The notes beneath the pieces are model-generated. The model made no database searches. It was given only the letters and a program-made list of their open reading frames with translations, and was not told the origin of the DNA. A DNA stretch of 64,000 bases from Auanema rhodensis (lineage: Eukaryota; Animalia; Nematoda): positions 1,364,001 to 1,428,000 of the forward strand of contig OZ059899.1 of assembly GCA_964057225.1 (NCBI GenBank), in the 5' to 3' direction. Each line of letters starts with the position of its first letter. Position 1 is the stretch's first letter. Shown here piece after piece: positions 26,309-40,500 of the stretch. The position numbers and the translations under genes are program-made.

Positions 26309-29300
26309 ACGCTTAATACAAAAATTAGTTATGATCGTTTGAAAAATGATGCATTAGTGTATGTTGAGTTTCCATGTACACTCAACATTGCTTCCAAAAA
26401 CATTTTGACAAAAATTTTTTCGAAAAATTTCAAAATAATTTAGCAAAAAGTAGATGTTTTTAGATTCCATTTTTCAAGGCAAAGACGATGGACAATGTTA
26501 TTCAACGAAAAAATTATTTCTTCAGGGTGAAAATCGAGGATATAAGTGTGAACTTATATCAGTTGATATCTCGGTGCATTTTTAAGCTAGCGCAAATCTG
26601 ATAACACAGATCGACGCAGCTTAAAAATCCGCATCGAATGCACTATACTACATTGAGAAACGCTTAATACAAAAATTAGTTATGATCGTTTGAAAAATGA
26701 TGCATTAGTGTATGTTGAGTTTCCATGTACACTCAACATTGCTTCCAAAAACATTTTGACAAAAATTTTTTCGAAAAATTTCAAAATAATTTAGCAAAAA
26801 GTAGATGTTTTTAGATTCCATTTTTCAAGGCAAAGACGATGGACAATGTTATTCAACGAAAAAATTATTTCTTCAGGGTGAAAATCGAGGATATAAGTGT
26901 GAACTTATATCAGTTGATATCTCGGTGCATTTTTAAGCTAGCGCAAATCTGATAACACAGATCGACGCAGCTTAAAAATCCGCATCGAATGCACTATACT
27001 ACATTGAGAAACGCTTAATACAAAAAATAGTTATAATCGTTTGAAAAATGATGCATTAGTGTATGTTGAGTTTCCATGTACACTCAACATTGCTTCCAAA
27101 AACATTTTGACAAAAATTTTTTCGAAAAATTTCAAAATAATTTAGCAAAAAGTAGATGTTTTTAGATTTCATTTTTCAAGGCAAAGACGATGGACAATGT
27201 TATTCAACGAAAAAATTAATTCTTCAGGGTGAAAATCGAGGATATAAGTGTGAACTTATATCAGTTGATATCTCGGTGCATTTTTAAGCTAGCGCAAATC
27301 TGATAACACAGATCGACGCAGCTTAAAAATCCGCATCGAATGCACTATACTACATTGAGAAACGCTTAATACAAAAATTAGTTATGATCGTTTGAAAAAT
27401 GATGCATTAGTGTATGTTGAGTTTCCATGTACACTCAACATTGCTTCCAAAAACATTTTGACAAAAATTTTTTCGAAAAATTTCAAAATAATTTAGCAAA
27501 AAGTAGATGTTTTTAGATTCCATTTTTCAAGGCAAAGACGATGGACAATGTTATTCAACGAAAAAATTATTTCTTCAGGGTGAAAATCGAGGATATAAGT
27601 GTGAACTTATATCAGTTGATATCTCGGTGCATTTTTAAGCTAGCGCAAATCTGATAACACAGATCGACGCAGCTTAAAAATCCGCATCGAATGCACTATA
27701 CTACATTGAGAAACGCTTAATACAAAAATTAGTTATGATCGTTTGAAAAATGATGCATTAGTGTATGTTGAGTTTCCATGTACACTCAACATTGCTTCCA
27801 AAAACATTTTGACAAAAATTTTTTCGAAAAATTTCAAAATAATTTAGCAAAAAGTAGATTTTTTTTAGATTTTATTTTTCAAGGCAAAGACGATGGACAA
27901 TGTTATTCAACGAAAAAATTAATTCTTCAGGGTGAAAATCGAGGATATAAGTGTGAACTTATATCAGTTGATATCTCGGTGCATTTTTAAGCTAGCGCAA
28001 ATCTGATAACACAGATCGACGCAGCTTAAAAATCCGCATCGAATGCACTATACTACATTGAGAAACGCTTAATACAAAAATTAGTTATGATCGTTTGAAA
28101 AATGATGCATTAGTGTATGTTGAGTTTCCATGTACACTCAACATTGCTTCCAAAAACATTTTGACAAAAATTTTTTCGAAAAATTTCAAAATAATTTAGC
28201 AAAAAGTAGATGTTTTTAGATTCCATTTTTCAAGGCAAAGACGATGGACAATGTTATTCAACGAAAAAATTAATTCTTCAGGGTGAAAATCGAGGATATA
28301 AGTGTGAACTTATAAAAGTTGATATCTCGGTGCATTTTTAAGCTAGCGCAAATCTGATAACACAGATCGACGCAGCTTAAAAATCCGCATCGAATGCACT
28401 ATACTACATTGAGAAACGCTTAATACAAAAATTAGTTATGATCGTTTGAAAAATGATGCATTAGTGTATGTTGAGTTTCCATGTACACTCAACATTGCTT
28501 CCAAAAACATTTTGACAAAAATTTTTTCGAAAAATTTCAAAATAATTTAGCAAAAAGTAGATTTTTTTTAGATTTCATTTTTCAAGGCAAAGACGATGGA
28601 CAATGTTATTCAACGAAAAAATTAATTCTTCAGGGTGAAAATCGAGGATATAAGTGTGAACTTATATCAGTTGATATCTCGGTGCATTTTTAAGCTAGCG
28701 CAAATCTGATAACACAGATCGACGCAGCTTAAAAATCCGCATCGAATGCACTATACTACATTGAGAAACGCTTAATACAAAAATTAGTTATGATCGTTTG
28801 AAAAATGATGCATTAGTGTATGTTGAGTTTCCATGTACACCCAACATTGCTTCCAAAAACATTTTGACAAAAATTTTTTCGAAAAATTTCAAAAGAATTT
28901 AGCAAAAAGTAGATGTTTTTAGATTCCATTTTTCAAGGCAAAGACGATGGACAATGTTATTCAACGAAAAAATTATTTCTTCATTGTGAAAATCGAGGAT
29001 ATAAGTGTGAACTTATATCAGTTGATATCTCGGTGCATTTTTAAGTTAGCGCAAATCTGATAACACAGATCGACGCAGCTTAAAAATCCGCATCGAATGC
29101 ACTATACTACATTGAGAAACGCTTGATACAAAAATTAGTTATGATCGTTTGAAAAATGATGCATTAGTGTATGTTGAGTTTCCATGTACACTCAACATTG
29201 CTTCCAAAAACATTTTGACAAAAATTTTTTCGAAAAATTTCAAAATAATTTAGCAAAAAGTAGATGTTTTTAGATTCCATTTTTCAAGGCAAAGACGATG

Positions 29301-32300
29301 GACAATGTTATTCAACGAAAAAATTAATTCTTCAGGGTGAAAATCGAGGATATAAGTGTGAACTTATATCAGTTGATATCTCGGTGCATTTTTAAGCTAG
29401 CGCAAATCTGATAACACAGATCGACGCAGCTTAAAAATCCGCAGCGAATGCACTATACTACATTGAGAAACGCTTGTTACAAAAATTAGTTATGATCGTT
29501 TGAAAAATGATGCATTAGTGTATGTTGAGTTTCCATGTACACTCAACATTGCTTCCAAAAACATTTTGACAAAAATTTTTTCGAAAAATTTCAAAAGAAT
29601 TTAGCAAAAAGTAGATGTTTTTAGATTCCATTTTTCAAGGCAAAGACGATGGACAATGTTATTCAACGAAAAAATTATTTCTTCAGGGTGAAAATCGAGG
29701 ATATAAGTGTGAACTTATATCAGTTGATATCTCGGTGCATTTTTAAGCTAGCGCAAATCTGATAACACAGATCGACGCAGCTTAAAAATCCGCATCGAAT
29801 GCACTATACTACATTGAGAAACGCTTAATACAAAAATTAGTTATAATCGTTTGAAAAATGATGCATTAGTGTATGTTGAGTTTCCATGTACACTCAACAT
29901 TGCTTCCAAAAACATTTTGACAAAAATTTTTTCGAAAAATTTCAAAATAATTTAGCAAAAAGTAGATGTTTTTAGATTTCATTTTTCAAGGCAAAGACGA
30001 TGGACAATGTTATTCAACGAAAAAATTAATTCTTCAGGGTGAAAATCGAGGATATAAGTGTGAACTTATATCAGTTGATATCTCGGTGCATTTTTAAGCT
30101 AGCGCAAATCTGATAACACAGATCGACGCAGCTTAAAAATCCGCATCGAATGCACTATACTACATTGAGAAACGCTTAATACAAAAATTAGTTATGATCG
30201 TTTGAAAAATGATGCATTAGTGTATGTTGAGTTTCCATGTACACTCAACATTGCTTCCAAAAACATTTTGACAAAAATTTTTTCGAAAAATTTCAAAATA
30301 ATTCAGCAAAAAGTAGATGTTTTTAGATTCCATTTTTCAAGGCAAAGACGATGGACAATGTTATTCAACGAAAAAATTATTTCTTCATTGTGAAAATCGA
30401 GGATATAAGTGTGAACTTATATCAGTTGATATCTCGGTGCATTTTTAAGTTAGCGCAAATCTGATAACACAGATCGACGCAGCTTAAAAATCCGCATCGA
30501 ATGCACTATACTACATTGAGAAACGCTTGATACAAAAATTAGTTATGATCGTTTGAAAAATGATGCATTAGTGTATGTTGAGTTTCCATGTACACTCAAC
30601 ATTGCTTCCAAAAACATTTTGACAAAAATTTTTTCGAAAAATTTCAAAATAATTTAGCAAAAAGTAGATGTTTTTAGATTCCATTTTTCAAGGCAAAGAC
30701 GATGGACAATGTTATTCAACGAAAAAATTAATTCTTCAGGGTGAAAATCGAGGATATAAGTGTGAACTTATATCAGTTGATATCTCGGTGCATTTTTAAG
30801 CTAGCGCAAATCTGATAACACAGATCGACGCAGCTTAAAAATCCGCAGCGAATGCACTATACTACATTGAGAAACGCTTGTTACAAAAATTAGTTATGAT
30901 CGTTTGAAAAATGATGCATTAGTGTATGTTGAGTTTCCATGTACACTCAACATTGCTTCCAAAAACATTTTGACAAAAATTTTTTCGAAAAATTTCAAAA
31001 GAATTTAGCAAAAAGTAGATGTTTTTAGATTCCATTTTTCAAGGCAAAGACGATGGACAATGTTATTCAACGAAAAAATTATTTCTTCAGGGTGAAAATC
31101 GAGGATATAAGTGTGAACTTATATCAGTTGATATCTCGGTGCATTTTTAAGCTAGCGCAAATCTGATAACACAGATCGACGCAGCTTAAAAATCCGCATC
31201 GAATGCACTATACTACATTGAGAAACGCTTAATACAAAAATTAGTTATAATCGTTTGAAAAATGATGCATTAGTGTATGTTGAGTTTCCATGTACACTCA
31301 ACATTGCTTCCAAAAACATTTTGACAAAAATTTTTTCGAAAAATTTCAAAATAATTTAGCAAAAAGTAGATGTTTTTAGATTTCATTTTTCAAGGCAAAG
31401 ACGATGGACAATGTTATTCAACGAAAAAATTAATTCTTCAGGGTGAAAATCGAGGATATAAGTGTGAACTTATATCAGTTGATATCTCGGTGCATTTTTA
31501 AGCTAGCGCAAATCTGATAACACAGATCGACGCAGCTTAAAAATCCGCATCGAATGCACTATACTACATTGAGAAACGCTTAATACAAAAATTAGTTATG
31601 ATCGTTTGAAAAATGATGCATTAGTGTATGTTGAGTTTCCATGTACACTCAACATTGCTTCCAAAAACATTTTGACAAAAATTTTTTCGAAAAATTTCAA
31701 AATAATTTAGCAAAAAGTAGATGTTTTTAGATTCCATTTTTCAAGGCAAAGACGATGGACAATGTTATTCAACGAAAAAATTATTTCTTCAGGGTGAAAA
31801 TCGAGGATATAAGTGTGAACTTATATCAGTTGATATCTCGGTGCATTTTTAAGCTAGCGCAAATCTGATAACACAGATCGACGCAGCTTAAAAATCCGCA
31901 GCGAATGCACTATACTACATTGAGAAACGCTTGTTACAAAAATTAGTTATGATCGTTTGAAAAATGATGCATTAGTGTATGTTGAGTTTCCATGTACACT
32001 CAACATTGCTTCCAAAAACATTTTGACAAAAATTTTTTCGAAAAATTTCAAAAGAATTTAGCAAAAAGTAGATGTTTTTAGATTCCATTTTTCAAGGCAA
32101 AGACGATGGACAATGTTATTCAACGAAAAAATTATTTCTTCAGGGTGAAAATCGAGGATATAAGTGTGAACTTATATCAGTTGATATCTCGGTGCATTTT
32201 TAAGCTAGCGCAAATCTGATAACACAGATCGACGCAGCTTAAAAATCCGCATCGAATGCACTATACTACATTGAGAAACGCTTGTTACAAAAATTAGTTA

Positions 32301-35300
32301 TGATCGTTTGAAAAATGATGCATTAGTGTATGTTGAGTTTCCATGTACACTCAACATTGCTTCCAAAAACATTTTGACAAAAATTTTTTCGAAAAATTTC
32401 AAAATAATTTAGCAAAAAGTAGATGTTTTTAGATTTCATTTTTCAAGGCAAAGACGATGGACAATGTTATTCAACGAAAAAATTAATTCTTCAGGGTGAA
32501 AATCGAGGATATAAGTGTGAACTTATATCAGTTGATATCTCGGTGCATTTTTAAGCTAGCGCAAATCTGATAACACAGATCGACGCAGCTTAAAAATCCG
32601 CATCGAATGCACTATACTACATTGAGAAACGCTTAATACAAAAATTAGTTATGATCGTTTGAAAAATGATGCATTAGTGTATGTTGAGTTTCCATGTACA
32701 CTCAACATTGCTTCCAAAAACATTTTGACAAAAATTTTTTCGAAAAATTTCAAAATAATTTAGCAAAAAGTAGATGTTTTTAGATTCCATTTTTCAAGGC
32801 AAAGACGATGGACAATGTTATTCAACGAAAAAATTATTTCTTCAGGGTGAAAATCGAGGATATAAGTGTGAACTTATATCAGTTGATATCTCGGTGCATT
32901 TTTAAGCTAGCGCAAATCTGATAACACAGATCGACGCAGCTTAAAAATCCGCAGCGAATGCACTATACTACATTGAGAAACGCTTAATACAAAAATTAGT
33001 TATGATCGTTTGAAAAATGATGCATTAGTGTATGTTGAGTTTCCATGTACACTCAACATTGCTTCCAAAAACATTTTGACAAAAATTTTTTCGAAAAATT
33101 TCAAAAGAATTTAGCAAAAAGTAGATGTTTTTAGATTCCATTTTTCAAGGCAAAGACGATGGACAATGTTATTCAACGAAAAAATTAATTCTTCAGGGTG
33201 AAAATCGAGGATATAAGTGTGAACTTATATCAGTTGATATCTCGGTGCATTTTTAAGCTAGCGCAAATCTGATAACACAGATCGACGCAGCTTAAAAATC
33301 CGCATCGAATGCACTATACTACATTGAGAAACGCTTAATACAAAAATTAGTTATGATCGTTTGAAAAATGATGCATTAGTGTATGTTGAGTTTCCATGTA
33401 CACTCAACATTGCTTCCAAAAACATTTTGACAAAAATTTTTTCGAAAAATTTCAAAATAATTTAGCAAAAAGTAGATGTTTTTAGATTCCATTTTTCAAG
33501 GCAAAGACGATGGACAATGTTATTCAACGAAAAAATTATTTCTTCAGGGTGAAAATCGAGGATATAAGTGTGAACTTATATCAGTTAATATCTCGGTGCA
33601 TTTTTAAGCTAGCGCAAATCTGATAACACAGATCGACGCAGCTTAAAAATCCGCAGCGAATGCACTATACTACATTGAGAAACGCTTAATACAAAAATTA
33701 GTTATGATCGTTTGAAAAATGATGCTTTAGTGTATGTTGAGTTTCCATGTACACTCAACATTGCTTCCAAAAACATTTTGACAAAAATTTTTTCGAAAAA
33801 TTTCAAAAGAATTTAGCAAAAAGTAGATGTTTTTAGATTCCATTTTTCAAGGCAAAGACGATGGACAATGTTATTCAACGAAAAAATTAATTCTTCAGGG
33901 TGAAAATCGAGGATATAAGTGTGAACTTATATCAGTTGATATCTCGGTGCATTTTTAAGCTAGCGCAAATCTGATAACACAGATCGACGCAGCTTAAAAA
34001 TCCGCATCGAATGCACTATACTACATTGAGAAACGCTTAATACAAAAATTAGTTATGATCGTTTGAAAAATGATGCATTAGTGTATGTTGAGTTTCCATG
34101 TACACTCAACATTGCTTCCAAAAACATTTTGACAAAAATTTTTTCGAAAAATTTCAAAATAATTTAGCAAAAAGTAGATGTTTTTAGATTCCATTTTTCA
34201 AGGCAAAGACGATGGACAATGTTATTCAACGAAAAAATTATTTCTTCAGGGTGAAAATCGAGGATATAAGTGTGAACTTATATCAGTTGATATCTCGGTG
34301 CATTTTTAAGCTAGCGCAAATCTGATAACACAGATCGACGCAGCTTAAAAATCCGCAGCGAATGCACTATACTACATTGAGAAACGCTTGATACAAAAAT
34401 TAGTTATGATCGTTTGAAAAATGATGCATTAGTGTATGTTGAGTTTCCATGTACACTCAACATTGCTTCCAAAAACATTTTGACAAAAATTTTTTCGAAA
34501 AATTTCAAAAGAATTTAGCAAAAAGTAGATGTTTTTAGATTCCATTTTTCAAGGCAAAGACGATGGACAATGTTATTCAACGAAAAAATTATTTCTTCAG
34601 GGTGAAAATCGAGGATATAAGTGTGAACTTATATCAGTTGATATCTCGGTGCATTTTTAAGCTAGCGCAAATCTGATAACACAGATCGACGCAGCTTAAA
34701 AATCCGCATCGAATGCACTATACTACATTGAGAAACGCTTAATACAAAAATTAGTTATAATCGTTTGAAAAATGATGCATTAGTGTATGTTGAGTTTCCA
34801 TGTACACTCAACATTGCTTCCAAAAACATTTTGACAAAAATTTTTTCGAAAAATTTCAAAATAATTTAGCAAAAAGTAGATGTTTTTAGATTTCATTTTT
34901 CAAGGCAAAGACGATGGACAATGTTATTCAACGAAAAAATTAATTCTTCAGGGTGAAAATCGAGGATATAAGTGTGAACTTATATCAGTTGATATCTCGG
35001 TGCATTTTTAAGCTAGCGCAAATCTGATAACACAGATCGACGCAGCTTAAAAATCCGCATCGAATGCACTATACTACATTGAGAAACGCTTAATACAAAA
35101 ATTAGTTATGATCGTTTGAAAAATGATGCATTAGTGTATGTTGAGTTTCCATGTACACTCAACATTGCTTCCAAAAACATTTTGACAAAAATTTTTTCGA
35201 AAAATTTCAAAATAATTTAGCAAAAAGTAGATGTTTTTAGATTCCATTTTTCAAGGCAAAGACGATGGACAATGTTATTCAACGAAAAAATTATTTCTTC

Positions 35301-37544
35301 AGGGTGAAAATCGAGGATATAAGTGTGAACTTATATCAGTTGATATCTCGGTGCATTTTTAAGCTAGCGCAAATCTGATAACACAGATCGACGCAGCTTA
35401 AAAATCCGCAGCGAATGCACTATACTACATTGAGAAACGCTTGATACAAAAATTAGTTATGATCGTTTGAAAAATGATGCATTAGTGTATGTTGAGTTTC
35501 CATGTACACTCAACATTGCTTCCAAAAACATTTTGACAAAAATTTTTTCGAAAAATTTCAAAAGAATTTAGCAAAAAGTAGATGTTTTTAGATTCCATTT
35601 TTCAAGGCAAAGACGATGGACAATGTTATTCAACGAAAAAATTATTTCTTCAGGGTGAAAATCGAGGATATAAGTGTGAACTTATATCAGTTGATATCTC
35701 GGTGCATTTTTAAGCTAGCGCAAATCTGATAACACAGATCGACGCAGCTTAAAAATCCGCATCGAATGCACTATACTACATTGAGAAACGCTTAATACAA
35801 AAATTAGTTATAATCGTTTGAAAAATGATGCATTAGTGTATGTTGAGTTTCCATGTACACTCAACATTGCTTCCAAAAACATTTTGACAAAAATTTTTTC
35901 GAAAAATTTCAAAATAATTTAGCAAAAAGTAGATGTTTTTAGATTTCATTTTTCAAGGCAAAGACGATGGACAATGTTATTCAACGAAAAAATTAATTCT
36001 TCAGGGTGAAAATCGAGGATATAAGTGTGAACTTATATCAGTTGATATCTCGGTGCATTTTTAAGCTAGCGCAAATCTGATAACACAGATCGACGCAGCT
36101 TAAAAATCCGCATCGAATGCACTATACTACATTGAGAAACGCTTAATACAAAAATTAGTTATGATCGTTTGAAAAATGATGCATTAGTGTATGTTGAGTT
36201 TCCATGTACACTCAACATTGCTTCCAAAAACATTTTGACAAAAATTTTTTCGAAAAATTTCAAAATAATTTAGCAAAAAGTAGATGTTTTTAGATTCCAT
36301 TTTTCAAGGCAAAGACGATGGACAATGTTATTCAACGAAAAAATTATTTCTTCAGGGTGAAAATCGAGGATATAAGTGTGAACTTATATCAGTTGATATC
36401 TCGGTGCATTTTTAAGCTAGCGCAAATCTGATAACACAGATCGACGCAGCTTAAAAATCCGCATCGAATGCACTATACTACATTGAGAAACGCTTAATAC
36501 AAAAATTAGTTATGATCGTTTGAAAAATGATGCATTAGTGTATGTTGAGTTTCCATGTACACTCAACATTGCTTCCAAAAACATTTTGACAAAAATTTTT
36601 TCGAAAAATTTCAAAATAATTTAGCAAAAAGTAGATTTTTTTTAGATTTCATTTTTCAAGGCAAAGACGATGGACAATGTTATTCAACGAAAAAATTAAT
36701 TCTTCAGGGTGAAAATCGAGGATATAAGTGTGAACTTATATTAGTTGATATCTCGGTGCATTTTTAAGCTAGCGCAAATCTGATAACACAGATCGACGCA
36801 GCTTAAAAATCCGCATCGAATGCACTATACTACATTGAGAAACGCTTAATACAAAAATTAGTTATGATCGTTTGAAAAATGATGCATTAGTGTATGTTGA
36901 GTTTCCATGTACACTCAACATTGCTTCCAAAAACATTTTGACAAAAATTTTTTCGAAAAATTTCAAAATAATTTAGCAAAAAGTAGATGTTTTTAGATTC
37001 CATTTTTCAAGGCAAAGACGATGGACAATGTTATTCAACGAAAAAATTAATTCTTCAGGGTGAAAATCGAGGATATAAGTGTGAACTTATAAAAGTTGAT
37101 ATCTCGGTGCATTTTTAAGCTAGCGCAAATCTGATAACACAGATCGACGCAGCTTAAAAATCCGCATCGAATGCACTATACTACATTGAGAAACGCTTGA
37201 TACAAAAATTAGTTATAATCGTTTGAAAAATGATGCATTAGTGTATGTTGAGTTTCCATGTACACTCAACATTGCTTCCAAAAACATTTTGACAAAAATT
37301 TTTTCGAAAAATTTCAAAATAATTTAGCAAAAAGTAGATTTTTTTTAGATTTCATTTTTCAAGGCAAAGACGATGGACAATGTTATTCAACGAAAAAATT
37401 AATTCTTCAGGGTGAAAATCGAGGATATAAGTGTGAACTTATATCAGTTGATATCTCGGTGCATTTTTAAGCTAGCGCAAATCTGATAACACAGATCGAC
37501 GCAGCTTAAAAATCCGCATCGAATGCACTATACTACATTGAGAA
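26309..37544. repeat. Array domain C (32 monomers): mosaic of A-type and B-type variants with four 352-bp monomers
   Basis: GTAGA(T)8AG monomers start at 27712, 28415, 36489 and 37192. The private CTTGTTAC variant occurs at about 29.5, 30.9, 31.9 and 32.3 kb. AAAGAA and TTTCATT monomers are interleaved. Confidence 0.75.
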
Positions 37545-40500
37545 ACGCTTAATACAAAAATTAGTTATGATCGTTTGAAAAATGATGCATTAGTGTATGT
37601 TGAGTTTCCATGTACACTCAACATTGCTTCCAAAAACATTTTGACAAAAATTTTTTCGAAAAATTTCAAAAGAATTTAGCAAAAAGTAGATGTTTTTAGA
37701 TTCCATTTTTCAAGGCAAAGACGATGGACAATGTTATTCAACGAAAAAATTATTTCTTCATTGTGAAAATCGAGGATATAAGTGTGAACTTATATCAGTT
37801 GATATCTCGGTGCATTTTTAAGTTAGCGCAAATCTGATAACACAGATCGACGCAGCTTAAAAATCCGCATCGAATGCACTATACTACATTGAGAAACGCT
37901 TGATACAAAAATTAGTTATGATCGTTTGAAAAATGATGCATTAGTGTATGTTGAGTTTCCATGTACACTCAACATTGCTTCCAAAAACATTTTGACAAAA
38001 ATTTTTTCGAAAAATTTCAAAATAATTTAGCAAAAAGTAGATGTTTTTAGATTCCATTTTTCAAGGCAAAGACGATGGACAATGTTATTCAACGAAAAAA
38101 TTAATTCTTCAGGGTGAAAATCGAGGATATAAGTGTGAACTTATATCAGTTGATATCTCGGTGCATTTTTAAGCTAGCGCAAATCTGATAACACAGATCG
38201 ACGCAGCTTAAAAATCCGCAGCGAATGCACTATACTACATTGAGAAACGCTTGATACAAAAATTAGTTATGATCGTTTGAAAAATGATGCATTAGTGTAT
38301 GTTGAGTTTCCATGTACACTCAACATTGCTTCCAAAAACATTTTGACAAAAATTTTTTCGAAAAATTTCAAAAGAATTTAGCAAAAAGTAGATGTTTTTA
38401 GATTCCATTTTTCAAGGCAAAGACGATGGACAATGTTATTCAACGAAAAAATTATTTCTTCAGGGTGAAAATCGAGGATATAAGTGTGAACTTATATCAG
38501 TTGATATCTCGGTGCATTTTTAAGTTAGCGCAAATCTGATAACACAGATCGACGCAGCTTAAAAATCCGCATCGAATGCACTATACTACATTGAGAAACG
38601 CTTGATACAAAAATTAGTTATGATCGTTTGAAAAATGATGCATTAGTGTATGTTGAGTTTCCATGTACACTCAACATTGCTTCCAAAAACATTTTGACAA
38701 AAATTTTTTCGAAAAATTTCAAAATAATTTAGCGAAAAGTAGATGTTTTTAAATTCCATTTTTCAAGGCAAAGACGATGGACAATGTTATTCAACGAAAA
38801 AATTAATTCTTCAGGGTGAAAATCGAGGATATAAGTGTGAACTTATATCAGTTGATATCTCGGTGCATTTTTAAGCTAGCGCAAATCTGATAACACAGAT
38901 CGACGCAGCTTAAAAATCCGCATCGAATGCACTATACTACATTGAGAAACGCTTAATACAAAAATTAGTTATGATCGTTTGAAAAATGATGCATTAGTGT
39001 ATGTTGAGTTTCCATGTACACTCAACATTGCTTCCAAAAACATTTTGACAAAAATTTTTTCGAAAAATTTCAAAAGAATTTAGCAAAAAGTAGATGTTTT
39101 TAGATTCCATTTTTCAAGGCAAAGACGATGGACAATGTTATTCAACGAAAAAATTATTTCTTCATTGTGAAAATCGAGGATATAAGTGTGAACTTATATC
39201 AGTTGATATCTCGGTGCATTTTTAAGTTAGCGCAAATCTGATAACACAGATCGACGCAGCTTAAAAATCCGCATCGAATGCACTATACTACATTGAGAAA
39301 CGCTTGATACAAAAATTAGTTATGATCGTTTGAAAAATGATGCATTAGTGTATGTTGAGTTTCCATGTACACTCAACATTGCTTCCAAAAACATTTTGAC
39401 AAAAATTTTTTCGAAAAATTTCAAAATAATTTAGCAGAAAGTAGATGTTTTTAGATTCCATTTTTCAAGGCAAAGACGATGGACAATGTTATTCAACGAA
39501 AAAATTAATTCTTCAGGGTGAAAATCGAGGATATAAGTGTGAACTTATATCAGTTGATATCTCGGTGCATTTTTAAGCTAGCGCAAATCTGATAACACAG
39601 ATCGACGCAGCTTAAAAATCCGCAGCGAATGCACTATACTACATTGAGAAACGCTTAATACAAAAATTAGTTATGATCGTTTGAAAAATGATGCATTAGT
39701 GTATGTTGAGTTTCCATGTACACTCAACATTGCTTCCAAAAACATTTTGACAAAAATTTTTTCGAAAAATTTCAAAAGAATTTAGCAAAAAGTAGATGTT
39801 TTTAGATTCCATTTTTCAAGGCAAAGACGATGGACAATGTTATTCAACGAAAAAATTATTTCTTCATTGTGAAAATCGAGGATATAAGTGTGAACTTATA
39901 TCAGTTGATATCTCGGTGCATTTTTAAGTTAGCGCAAATCTGATAACACAGATCGACGCAGCTTAAAAATCCGCATCGAATGCACTATACTACATTGAGA
40001 AACGCTTGATACAAAAATTAGTTATGATCGTTTGAAAAATGATGCATTAGTGTATGTTGAGTTTCCATGTACACTCAACATTGCTTCCAAAAACATTTTG
40101 ACAAAAATTTTTTCGAAAAATTTCAGAATAATTTAGCAAAAAGTAGATGTTTTTAGATTCCATTTTTCAAGGCAAAGACGATGGACAATGTTATTCAACG
40201 AAAAAATTAATTCTTCAGGGTGAAAATCGAGGATATAAGTGTGAACTTATATCAGTTGATATCTCGGTGCATTTTTAAGCTAGCGCAAATCTGATAACAC
40301 AGATCGACGCAGCTTAAAAATCCGCAGCGAATGCACTATACTACATTGAGAAACGCTTAATACAAAAATTAGTTATGATCGTTTGAAAAATGATGCATTA
40401 GTGTATGTTGAGTTTCCATGTACACTCAACATTGCTTCCAAAAACATTTTGACAAAAATTTTTTCGAAAAATTTCAAAATAATTTAGCGAAAAGTAGATG

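Noticed and set aside
27778-37470. 70-aa ORF (MYTQHCFQK...) in four copies
   Set aside because: It is created by the 1-bp homopolymer insertion in the 352-bp monomers and is incidental.
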